Shown one piece after another: positions 38,194 through 46,121 of a DNA stretch of 64,000 nucleotides. Numbering within the stretch: position 1 is the stretch's first letter; each line of letters opens with the position of its first letter. The notes below the pieces were generated by a model. That model saw only the letters and a list, made by a program, of their open reading frames with translations, made no database searches and had not been told where the DNA came from. The translations under genes and the position numbers were made by a program. This stretch comes from Alphaproteobacteria bacterium (GTDB lineage Bacteria > Pseudomonadota > Alphaproteobacteria > Bin95), in assembly GCA_041687435.1 (NCBI GenBank), contig JAWLBX010000015.1, positions 5,860 through 69,859 of the forward strand. Reading direction: 5' to 3'.

Positions 38194-38829
38194 ATGAGCC
38201 TTACCTTGTATGGCTTGGCCATGAGCCGGGCCGGCCGTTGCCTCTGGGCTCTGGAAGAACTCGGCGTTGCCTATGAGCACGTGCCGACCAACTTCATGGG
38301 CGAAAACAAGGCGCCGGAATTCCTGGCAATCAATCCGAACGGGCGTCTGCCGGCGCTGACGCACGACGACCTGTGCCTGTTCGAGTCCATGGCAATCAAT
38401 CTCTACCTCGCCCGCACCTTTGGGCAGGACACGTTGCAGCCGGATACCGAAGCGGACGCTGCCCACGCGGTCCAGTGGTCATTCTGGGTCATGACAGAGT
38501 GCGAAGAGCCGCTGCTGCACGGCCTGCTGCACACCCTTGGCCTGATGGGGTTTGAAAAAAGCCGGAAGAGGGTCGCGGAACAGCGCGATGCGTTGGACCG
38601 GCCACTGACCGTCCTGAACGGCGTCCTTGCCGGGCGGGACTATCTGGTGGGCAACCGGTTCACCGTCGCCGACCTGAACGTGGCTTCCGTCTATCTCTGG
38701 GCGGCCATGGCAAAAATAGACCTGGCGCCGCACAACCATGTGCGGGACTGGCTGACCCGATGCCTCAGCCGGCCGGCCTGCAGGGCCGTCGGGGAGATCG
38801 CGAAGGCAGAAATGGCGAAAATGGGATGA
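38194..38829 (+). CDS. glutathione S-transferase
   Basis: 211 aa from the internal ATG (GGAGGA RBS). GST N-terminal thioredoxin-like region ('LTLYGL…') and a C-terminal helical domain. Confidence 0.75.
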   Translation: MSLTLYGLAMSRAGRCLWALEELGVAYEHVPTNFMGENKAPEFLAINPNGRLPALTHDDLCLFESMAINLYLARTFGQDTLQPDTEADAAHAVQWSFWVMTECEEPLLHGLLHTLGLMGFEKSRKRVAEQRDALDRPLTVLNGVLAGRDYLVGNRFTVADLNVASVYLWAAMAKIDLAPHNHVRDWLTRCLSRPACRAVGEIAKAEMAKMG

Positions 38830-39959
38830 GCACCCCTGCGGATATTCTGATTGTCGGCGGCGGCATGGCCGGCGCATCGGCCGGCTATTTCCTGGCCGAG
38901 CGCGGCCGCCGGGTGATCCTGCTGGAGCGGGAGGAGCGTTGCGGCTATCACACGACCGGCCGCTCTGCCGCGCTCTACAGCCAAGCCTATGGCAACACCG
39001 CCATCGTCGCGCTCACCATCGGAGGCGAGGATTTCTATGTAAACCCGCCTCAGGGCTTCGCCGATCATCCCTTGCTCTCCCCCCGTGGCGCGCTGTTTTT
39101 CGGCCGCGGCGACCAAGTGGCTGCCGTCAAAGCCGCGGTGGAGGAAGGCCAGGCGTTGGTCCCAAGCGTCCGCCTGCTGGATGCGGGAGAGGCCCGGCGC
39201 CTGTGCCCGGCCCTGCGCCCGGAATACGTGGCTTGCGCCGGCTTCGAGCCGAACGCCCGCGATATCGACGTCGATGCGCTGCACCAGGGCTTCCTGCGCG
39301 GGCTGCGGGCGAAGGGCGGCCAGGTCATCGTCAATGCCGCGGTGCAAGCACTGGAGCACAGTGCTGGTCAGTGGCAGGTGCGGACCGGTGCCGGTGACTT
39401 TGCGGCACCCGTGGTGGTCAATGCCGCCGGTGCGTGGGCCGATACGATTGGGCAAATGGCCGGCTGCCGCCCAGTGGGCTGCGTTCCGAAGCGCCGCACC
39501 GCCTTTCTGTTCCAACCGCCCGAAGGCATGGATACCCATGCCTGGCCGATGGTGGTGGATGTTGAGGAGCAGTTCTACATCAAGCCGGACGCCGGCCTGC
39601 TGCTGGGCTCGCCCGCCGACGAAACACCGGTGGAGCCGCATGATGCCTTTCCCGAGGAAATGGACATCGCCATCGGCGCCGACCGCATCCAGACGGCAAC
39701 CACGCTGGAAATCCGCTCCATCAAACACAGTTGGGCGGGCTTGCGCAGCTTCGTTGCGGACAAGACGCCGGTGGCCGGCTACGACCGCCAGCAGAAAGGC
39801 TTTTTCTGGCTTTGCGGCCAGGGCGGTTATGGCATCCAGACCGCCCCCGGCCTGGGTGCCAGCGCTGCGGCCCTGATCGAGGGTGAGGATTTGCCGGAAC
39901 AGGTGCGCAACCTGGGCCTAACCGCTGCCGCGCTCGCGCCGGAGCGGTTGCGCCCCTAA
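38826..39959 (+). CDS. FAD-dependent oxidoreductase (DAO/glycine oxidase-like family)
   Basis: N-terminal dinucleotide-binding motif 'ILIVGGGMAGASAGYFLAERGRRVILLE'. Start at the internal ATG, overlapping the GST stop (ATGA). Confidence 0.8.
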   Translation: MSTPADILIVGGGMAGASAGYFLAERGRRVILLEREERCGYHTTGRSAALYSQAYGNTAIVALTIGGEDFYVNPPQGFADHPLLSPRGALFFGRGDQVAAVKAAVEEGQALVPSVRLLDAGEARRLCPALRPEYVACAGFEPNARDIDVDALHQGFLRGLRAKGGQVIVNAAVQALEHSAGQWQVRTGAGDFAAPVVVNAAGAWADTIGQMAGCRPVGCVPKRRTAFLFQPPEGMDTHAWPMVVDVEEQFYIKPDAGLLLGSPADETPVEPHDAFPEEMDIAIGADRIQTATTLEIRSIKHSWAGLRSFVADKTPVAGYDRQQKGFFWLCGQGGYGIQTAPGLGASAAALIEGEDLPEQVRNLGLTAAALAPERLRP

Positions 39960-40894
39960 AGCTTCGGCACGATATCGCTGGCAAAACGCTCCATCTGCTC
40001 CATCTGGGCGGCGGCGCTGTCGCCGCGATAACGCACGACGATCTTTTGGAAACCGGCGTCCAGAATGGATTTCAGGTCATCGATGATCTGGTCTTGCGAG
40101 CCACTGCCCATATCGCGGCTGCCGAACGGCCCCTGTTTCGGCTCGCCCGGTGCGATGAATATCTTGTAGGCCAGTTGCAGGTCGTCGAACCGCCGCCCCT
40201 GTTCGTCGCAGATGCGCTTCAGCGCGGCGAGCCGCTCCGGCATCTGCTCCCGGCCCAGGGCAACCGCCAGCCAACCGTCGTTGCGGGCGACCCGGCGCAG
40301 CGCCGGATTGGACACGCCCCCGATCAGCACCGGCGGGTGCGGCTGTTGCACCGAGCCCGGCACTGAATGCACCGGGCGGAAGCTGTAGGTCTCGCCTTCA
40401 TAGCCGACCCTGCCGCCGCCCGAGAGGGCCTTGAAAATCTCCAGATACTCGTCCGTTGCCTTGCCGCGCAGCGCGAAGTCCGCTGTATCCAGCACCTCGA
40501 ACTCCTCACGCAGCCAGCCAACACCGGCGCCCAGCACGACGCGCCCGCCGGAAAACTGGTCGATGGTGATCAGCATGCGCGCCAGCAAAACCGGGTTGCG
40601 GTAGGGAATGATCAGGACCGCCGTTCCCAGTTTCACCCGACTGGTCGCGCCCGCCAGCACGCCCATGGCCGCGATCGGCTCCAGCAACGGGTCGGTGGTC
40701 GGGGCCGGAAAGCTGCCGTCGGCGCTGAATGGATACTGCGAGTCGAACGCCGCCGGAAACACTACATGGTCCGCCAGCCAAACCGAATCGAATCCCGCGC
40801 GCTCGGCAAATTGCGCCAGCGCGACGATGGTTTCCGGCTGGGCAAGCGGCCCGTAAATGCCGACGTCGAGGCCGAATTGGTCCATGCTGGCCAT
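39956..40894 (-). CDS. LLM-class flavin-dependent oxidoreductase (luciferase-like monooxygenase family)
   Basis: 312-aa luciferase-like TIM barrel ('FDSVWLADHVVFP', 'GTAVLIIPYRNPVLLA'). Confidence 0.8.
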   Translation of the reverse strand: MASMDQFGLDVGIYGPLAQPETIVALAQFAERAGFDSVWLADHVVFPAAFDSQYPFSADGSFPAPTTDPLLEPIAAMGVLAGATSRVKLGTAVLIIPYRNPVLLARMLITIDQFSGGRVVLGAGVGWLREEFEVLDTADFALRGKATDEYLEIFKALSGGGRVGYEGETYSFRPVHSVPGSVQQPHPPVLIGGVSNPALRRVARNDGWLAVALGREQMPERLAALKRICDEQGRRFDDLQLAYKIFIAPGEPKQGPFGSRDMGSGSQDQIIDDLKSILDAGFQKIVVRYRGDSAAAQMEQMERFASDIVPKL

Positions 40895-41165
40895 TCTATG
40901 TTCTATCCTCTTTAGGATATCATTTTAGTAATTTTATCAAAATGTTAACTTAAAGTCTGCGTATTTTCATAAACTCAGGCAAAGATTTAGGGTTTACCCT
41001 TAACCGCTTTCGCTCTTGTTCCATTCTTATCCCATCATCTATTAAATAAAGCAAGCTCTCTCCATCTGCCACAGTGACGATTTCAGAAAATGCAGTTTCA
41101 GACTGTAATAATTCACCCGATATTTTATTTAATACATCACAGATATTATTAATTGATTCATCGAC

Positions 41166-41636
41166 TTATTTTCTGTTTATACCTGTCAAATTTTTTGCAT
41201 ATCCATTAATTGCAAAATTTAAATCAGTATGTGAAATTTTTTTATTGCGCCACTCTCTAGCAAACTCAGCATTCGTCAATGTATGACCGACCAATAATTT
41301 TACATCTTTTTCTAAATCATTCCCTTTCATTATGGCTGGCAATCTTCTAATGCTAAGATTATCATGCCCTGCTGTTTTTTCTGAATCTGTTAATTTTGCT
41401 ATGTGCAAAATAATATATTCCCACATTATATCTTGTGTCATTTTAAAAAAATTACCAGTTTCCATGTTTAATAAATCCACTCTTTCTTTGCTGTGGCCGA
41501 AAAGTGTTTTGTATTCTTTCCATCTATAACAAAGAATTATCGTTTCTTGCCGAATAGCTGTATAGAGAGAACCTAGTTCCTCACCCATAACTTCAATATT
41601 ACGAAGGCGAGCTTCTTCGGCGGTAATGTGTCCCAT
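41166..41636 (-). CDS. hypothetical protein, AT-rich foreign gene; possible HEPN-like (R-x5-H) domain
   Basis: 156-aa ORF at ~35% GC inside a ~750-bp AT-rich islet. A C-terminal 'EWRNKKISHTDLNF' segment fits the HEPN Rx4-6H consensus. No other recognisable domain. Confidence 0.4.
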   Translation of the reverse strand: MGHITAEEARLRNIEVMGEELGSLYTAIRQETIILCYRWKEYKTLFGHSKERVDLLNMETGNFFKMTQDIMWEYIILHIAKLTDSEKTAGHDNLSIRRLPAIMKGNDLEKDVKLLVGHTLTNAEFAREWRNKKISHTDLNFAINGYAKNLTGINRK

Positions 41637-41705
41637 GCTTGCTCCAGAAATTCGTCAAATAGGCCCAAGGCGACTTTTGTCGAAGCACCATATCAAGCGG
41701 ATGCT

Positions 41706-42317
41706 CTACACCGAATAGTCAATCATCCTGACCTCCCCTTCCGCCAAATCCAGCACCGCACACGACAACTGCCGGCCGTTGCGTTGGTCGCGGGCGTCGC
41801 CGGCGGAGCCGGGGTTGACCACCAGCACATCGCCGACGCGCTCCGCCACCTGCTGGTGGGTGTGGCCGTACAGCACGATATCGGCATCCGCCTCGCCAAA
41901 GCGCTGCAAATCCTTGGAGCCGGGCAGGATATAGGCGCCCTGCGGCTCCCACGGGGTGGAGTGCACCATCAGGATGCGCTGGCCATGGCGTTCCAACTCC
42001 AGGCGATAGGGTTGCGCCTCCAGCCAGGCGACCAGTTCCTGGTCCACCCAGCTTGCCGCGCGCGCCCTGGCGCCCTGGGGGCCGAGAAAGCCCCATTCGT
42101 GATTGCCGAGGATGGTCGGGATGCCATTGTCGCGCAGCCAGCCGACGACCTCGTTCGAGAAGCGGTAGTCGTAAATCGTGTCACCGAGGCAGAGCAATTC
42201 GTCCACCGCGCCCATCAGTTCGACCGCCTTCAGCAACCCGGCCATGTTGCCGTGAATGTCGGAAACAATGCCGATTCTCACCCGGCCGTCTCCCGGGCGG
42301 CGATATCGCGGCGGCAA
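41706..42317 (-). CDS. metallophosphoesterase (YfcE-like calcineurin-fold phosphodiesterase)
   Basis: Metallophosphatase motifs 'GIVSDIHGN', 'LGDTIYD', 'GNHE', 'GHTH'. An in-frame GTG (VRIGIVSD) at 42281 would overlap the purD stop as GTGA and may be the real start. Confidence 0.75.
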   Translation of the reverse strand: MPPRYRRPGDGRVRIGIVSDIHGNMAGLLKAVELMGAVDELLCLGDTIYDYRFSNEVVGWLRDNGIPTILGNHEWGFLGPQGARARAASWVDQELVAWLEAQPYRLELERHGQRILMVHSTPWEPQGAYILPGSKDLQRFGEADADIVLYGHTHQQVAERVGDVLVVNPGSAGDARDQRNGRQLSCAVLDLAEGEVRMIDYSV

Positions 42318-43552
42318 AACCCTTCCGGCCAGTCGATCCGGTCCACGGCCTCATAGGCGCGAACTGCGGCTTCCTTGATAGTGTCGCCAAGGCCGGTAAT
42401 GCCCAACACCCGGCCGCCATTTGCCAGCACCCCGTCACCATCGGCCACAGTGCCCGCGTGAAATGGGATCACATCCAGCAGGCCTGCCAGACTGTCCAGC
42501 CCCCTGATCTCCGTCCCCTTGGCATAGGAGCCGGGATAGCCGTTGGCGGCCATGACAACGCATACCGCTGCCTCGTCGTACCAACGCAAATCGAACTGAT
42601 CCAGCACGCCGTCGCGGGCGGCAAACATGGCTGGAATCAGGTCCGATTGCAGGCGCGGCAGCAACACCTGCGCTTCCGGGTCGCCCAGGCGGCAATTGAA
42701 TTCGATCACCTTGGGCCCGTCTGCTGTCAGCATCAGGCCGGCATACAGCACGCCTTTGTAGGGCGCGCCTTCCACGGCCATGCCCTGCACCACCGGGTCG
42801 ATGATTTCGCGCATGACGCGCTCGCTCATCGCATCGTCCACCGCGGGCGCGGGCGAATAGGCGCCCATGCCGCCGGTATTGGGGCCGGTGTCGCCATCGC
42901 CGACGCGCTTGTGATCGCGGGCAGTGCCGAAGGGCAGCGCGGTCTTGCCATCCACCAGGGCGAAAAAGCTGGCTTCCTCGCCCTCCATGAACTCCTCTAC
43001 AACGATTTCCTGTCCGGCCGTGCCGAATTCGCCCTTGATCATGGCAAGGTCAATGGCGGCCAGCGCCTCGGCCCGTGTTTCCGGCAGCAGAACGCCTTTG
43101 CCGCCCGCCAGCCCATCCGCTTTTACCACGACCCGGCCCGGTTGCTGCGCCACGTAAGCCTTGGCCATGACCGGATCGCGGAAACGGCGATACCTGGCCG
43201 TCGGCACGCCGTATTTTGCGCACAGGTCTTTCATGAAGCCCTTGGACCCTTCAATCTGCGCCGCGGCGGCGCTGGGCCCAAATGCCTTGATGCCGGCCGC
43301 CTCCAGCCGGTCCACCAGACCCGCGCAGAGCGGCGCTTCCGGTCCGACTACGACCAGATCGACAGCATGCTCTTTCGCAAACGCCAGAATGCCGTCCAGG
43401 TCATCCGCCGCCAGGTCGGGCACACACGTTGCCTCTCGCGCAATGCCGGCATTGCCCGGGGCGCACCAGATCGCGTCGCACAGCGGCGATGCGGCAATGG
43501 CCCAACACAGGGCGTGCTCGCGGCCGCCGCTGCCGATAACGAGAAATTTCAC
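42278..43552 (-). CDS. purD: phosphoribosylamine--glycine ligase
   Basis: 424 aa with PurD ATP-grasp motifs throughout ('MKFLVIGSGGREHAL', 'GPNTGGMGAYSPAP', 'VLYAGLMLT..GPKVIEFNCRLGDPE'). Confidence 0.95.
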   Translation of the reverse strand: MKFLVIGSGGREHALCWAIAASPLCDAIWCAPGNAGIAREATCVPDLAADDLDGILAFAKEHAVDLVVVGPEAPLCAGLVDRLEAAGIKAFGPSAAAAQIEGSKGFMKDLCAKYGVPTARYRRFRDPVMAKAYVAQQPGRVVVKADGLAGGKGVLLPETRAEALAAIDLAMIKGEFGTAGQEIVVEEFMEGEEASFFALVDGKTALPFGTARDHKRVGDGDTGPNTGGMGAYSPAPAVDDAMSERVMREIIDPVVQGMAVEGAPYKGVLYAGLMLTADGPKVIEFNCRLGDPEAQVLLPRLQSDLIPAMFAARDGVLDQFDLRWYDEAAVCVVMAANGYPGSYAKGTEIRGLDSLAGLLDVIPFHAGTVADGDGVLANGGRVLGITGLGDTIKEAAVRAYEAVDRIDWPEGFCRRDIAARETAG

Positions 43553-43612
43553 GCCGAAACGCTCCGCTTAACATCTGTCACAATCGACGCCGATCTTGTA
43601 GCATCCGGCGCG

Positions 43613-45157
43613 ATGAGTACCAACCATGCACCACCGCACGCCGAACCGGGCCTTGACCTTGCGCCGCCGGACCCCGCGGCCACCAACCAGCCCGAATTCT
43701 CCGTCAGCGAACTGGCCCGCGCCATTCGCGGCTTGTTGGAGGGGGAATTCGGCCGCGTGCGCGTGCGGGGCGAGATCACCGGCTTCAAGCGCGCCGGCTC
43801 CGGACATCTGTATTTCCGGCTGAAGGATCAGGACGCAGTGCTGGATGCGGTCTGCTGGCGCGGCGCCGCCGGCCGGCTCAATGTGGCGCCACAGGATGGG
43901 CTGGAGGTCATCGCCACCGGCAAGATCACCGGCTACCCCGGCCGCTCCACCTATCAGATCGTGATAGAGCAGATGGAGATGGCCGGCGAAGGGGCCCTGC
44001 TCAAGCTGCTGGAGGACCGGCGCAAGGCGCTGGCGGCCGAAGGCCTGTTCGCGGCCGAGCGCAAACGCCCCCTGCCCTTTCTTCCGGCCGTGATCGGCGT
44101 TGTTACCTCGCCCACCGGCGCGGTGATTCGGGATATCCTGCACAGGCTGCGCGACCGTTTTCCCCGCCGCGTGCTGGTGTGGCCCGTGGCAGTCCAGGGG
44201 GACGCCGCGGCACCACAGGTCGCCGCCGCAATCCGCGGCTTCAATGCGTTAAAGCCCGGTGATCCGGCCCTGCCACGCCCGGACGTGCTGATCGTGGCGC
44301 GCGGCGGCGGCAGCCTGGAGGATCTCTGGGCCTTCAACGAGGAAATCGTCGTCCGCGCCGCTGCCGAATCGGAAATCCCCCTGATTTCGGCGGTTGGCCA
44401 TGAGACCGACACCACTTTGATCGACCATGCGGCCGACCGGCGCGCCCCAACGCCGACCGCCGCCGCCGAACTGGCCGTGCCGGTGGTCAGCGAATTGCTG
44501 ATGCGCATCGCCGACCTGGATCGCCGCCTGCTTGGTGGCGCGGTGCGCGGGCTGGAAGAGCGGCACTTGCGCCTGCAAGGCGCCGCCCGCGGCCTGCCGG
44601 CACCGGCCGACTTGGTGGAGCAGGCCGCCCAGCGCGTCGATGACCAGGCCGAGCGGCTGGCCCTCACCCTGCGCGGCTATCTCGTCAACGCGGCACAGAA
44701 TGTGCGGGCCAGCGCCGCCCGCCTGCGCCACCCGCGGGAAATTCTGGCGCTGCACGGCCAGTCACTCACGGCGCAAAGCCGGGCGCTGGACCGGGCGGCG
44801 GACCAGGCCTGGCGGGGGGCAGACCATGCCCTCGCCCGCGTCGATGCCGCCCGCCGTCTGCCTCTGGCGGCCGCCCGCGCTATTGACGACGCCGAACGGC
44901 GGCTGGAGCATACCGGCGCGCTCCTGCAATCCTATTCCTACGAGCGGGTGCTGGACCGGGGTTTCGTGCTGGTGCGCGGCCCGGATGGGCCGGTCACCGA
45001 CGCCGCCGATGCCACGCCAGGGCTGGCCGTCACCTTGCAATTCCGGGACAATCAGACCCGTGATGCCATCATTCAGGGCGAGGCCGAGCCCAAAACACCC
45101 GCCCGCAAGAAACACGCGGCCAAATCCCGCGATGGCCGGCAAGGCAGCCTGCTGTAG
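43613..45157 (+). CDS. xseA: exodeoxyribonuclease VII large subunit
   Basis: 514 aa from the internal ATG (MSTNHAPP…). N-terminal OB-fold region 'SVSELARAIRGLLE…VRVRGEITGFKRAGSGHLYFRLKD', the catalytic core 'VIGVVTSPTGAVIRD…GGGSLEDLWAFNEE…SAVGHETDTTL', and a long C-terminal coiled coil. The 5' 1.5 kb of the ORF-finder frame is antisense to purD and spurious. Confidence 0.9.
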   Translation: MSTNHAPPHAEPGLDLAPPDPAATNQPEFSVSELARAIRGLLEGEFGRVRVRGEITGFKRAGSGHLYFRLKDQDAVLDAVCWRGAAGRLNVAPQDGLEVIATGKITGYPGRSTYQIVIEQMEMAGEGALLKLLEDRRKALAAEGLFAAERKRPLPFLPAVIGVVTSPTGAVIRDILHRLRDRFPRRVLVWPVAVQGDAAAPQVAAAIRGFNALKPGDPALPRPDVLIVARGGGSLEDLWAFNEEIVVRAAAESEIPLISAVGHETDTTLIDHAADRRAPTPTAAAELAVPVVSELLMRIADLDRRLLGGAVRGLEERHLRLQGAARGLPAPADLVEQAAQRVDDQAERLALTLRGYLVNAAQNVRASAARLRHPREILALHGQSLTAQSRALDRAADQAWRGADHALARVDAARRLPLAAARAIDDAERRLEHTGALLQSYSYERVLDRGFVLVRGPDGPVTDAADATPGLAVTLQFRDNQTRDAIIQGEAEPKTPARKKHAAKSRDGRQGSLL

Positions 45158-45160
45158 GCC

Positions 45161-45652
45161 TCAGGCGGGCACCCGTTGCATGAAGTAGCGCCTTGGCTTG
45201 ATCCCGTCGGGCAATGGCAGGCTTTCCCAGCCCTCGCCATTGATCGGCTGATCGGAGACAATAACGGCGCCGGGCGCGGTCAACTGGGATAGCGTATCCG
45301 CCAGGAATTGCGCCATCGCTGCGATGCTGGCGGCGTCACCCTGGCCAAAATCCGCATGCACCAGGGCAGCCTGGGCACCGATTCGCTCCGCCGCCGTGGG
45401 CAAGGTCTCGCGGAAATCTCCGAGGAACAAATCCTCGTTCGGCGGGGTGCAACTCGGGTGCGCCTGAACCAAGCGTTCGAACACATAAATCCGCCGGTCC
45501 GGCAGCCGCTCCCGCAGGTGGTCGTAGGTGCGGCCGTTGCCAAGCCCCAACTCCAGCACGGGCCCCGGCACATCGCCGATCATCTCTGCCGCACGGTCCA
45601 GGCAGGCGCGCTGGGCCTGCATGCGGCGGATAAAGCTGTCGAGCCGGCTCAT
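45161..45652 (-). CDS. putative class I SAM-dependent methyltransferase-fold protein
   Basis: 163 aa with a possible motif I 'VLELGLGNG'; the assignment is weak. Its start overlaps the stop of the upstream cNMP-binding gene by 4 nt. Confidence 0.45.
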   Translation of the reverse strand: MSRLDSFIRRMQAQRACLDRAAEMIGDVPGPVLELGLGNGRTYDHLRERLPDRRIYVFERLVQAHPSCTPPNEDLFLGDFRETLPTAAERIGAQAALVHADFGQGDAASIAAMAQFLADTLSQLTAPGAVIVSDQPINGEGWESLPLPDGIKPRRYFMQRVPA

Positions 45653-46101
45653 GCTGCATCCGCCCGCGCTTCGCGCAGGTCGGCCGTGGTTTTTTCCAGC
45701 CTTCGGGCCAGTTCCTTCATGATCTCTATTCCCATCTCCGGCACTTCGGTCACAAGCCGGAAAAAGTGATCCTTGGCAATCCTCAAGGTCGTCAGTTCGG
45801 TGGATGCCCGCACGGTTGCGGTGCGGGGGATGTCGATCAGAATGGCAATCTCGCCGACAATGTCATTGCATCCGAGTGTCGCCACTTTCAACTCCCCTGT
45901 CGGCGTTGCGACGATCACATCGGCATTGCCTTCCAGGATGATATAGGCGGCATCGCCCAAGTCGCCCTGGCGCACCACGTCTTCACCCGGCTGGAACACC
46001 ATGCGTTCGCTGGTAAACGCCAGAAGCTTGAGACGCCTGGCCTCTATCCGCTGGAACAGAGGCAGTCGGCGCAGGGCATCCACTTCCTGTGTTAGCGACA
46101 T
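45649..46101 (-). CDS. cyclic nucleotide-binding domain protein (stand-alone cNMP-binding, no HTH)
   Basis: 150 aa with the cNMP-binding β-roll region 'GDLGDAAYIILEGNADV…' and the phosphate-binding cassette 'GEIAIL…PRTATVRA'. Confidence 0.75.
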   Translation of the reverse strand: MSLTQEVDALRRLPLFQRIEARRLKLLAFTSERMVFQPGEDVVRQGDLGDAAYIILEGNADVIVATPTGELKVATLGCNDIVGEIAILIDIPRTATVRASTELTTLRIAKDHFFRLVTEVPEMGIEIMKELARRLEKTTADLREARADAA

Positions 46102-46121
46102 CGGTTTCTCCCGTTTTCCGG

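Noticed and set aside
42053-43612. 5' 1.5 kb of the 1034-aa plus-strand ORF upstream of xseA
   Set aside because: It is antisense to the well-supported purD gene. The XseA homology begins only at the internal ATG at 43613; the rest is a high-GC open-frame artefact.
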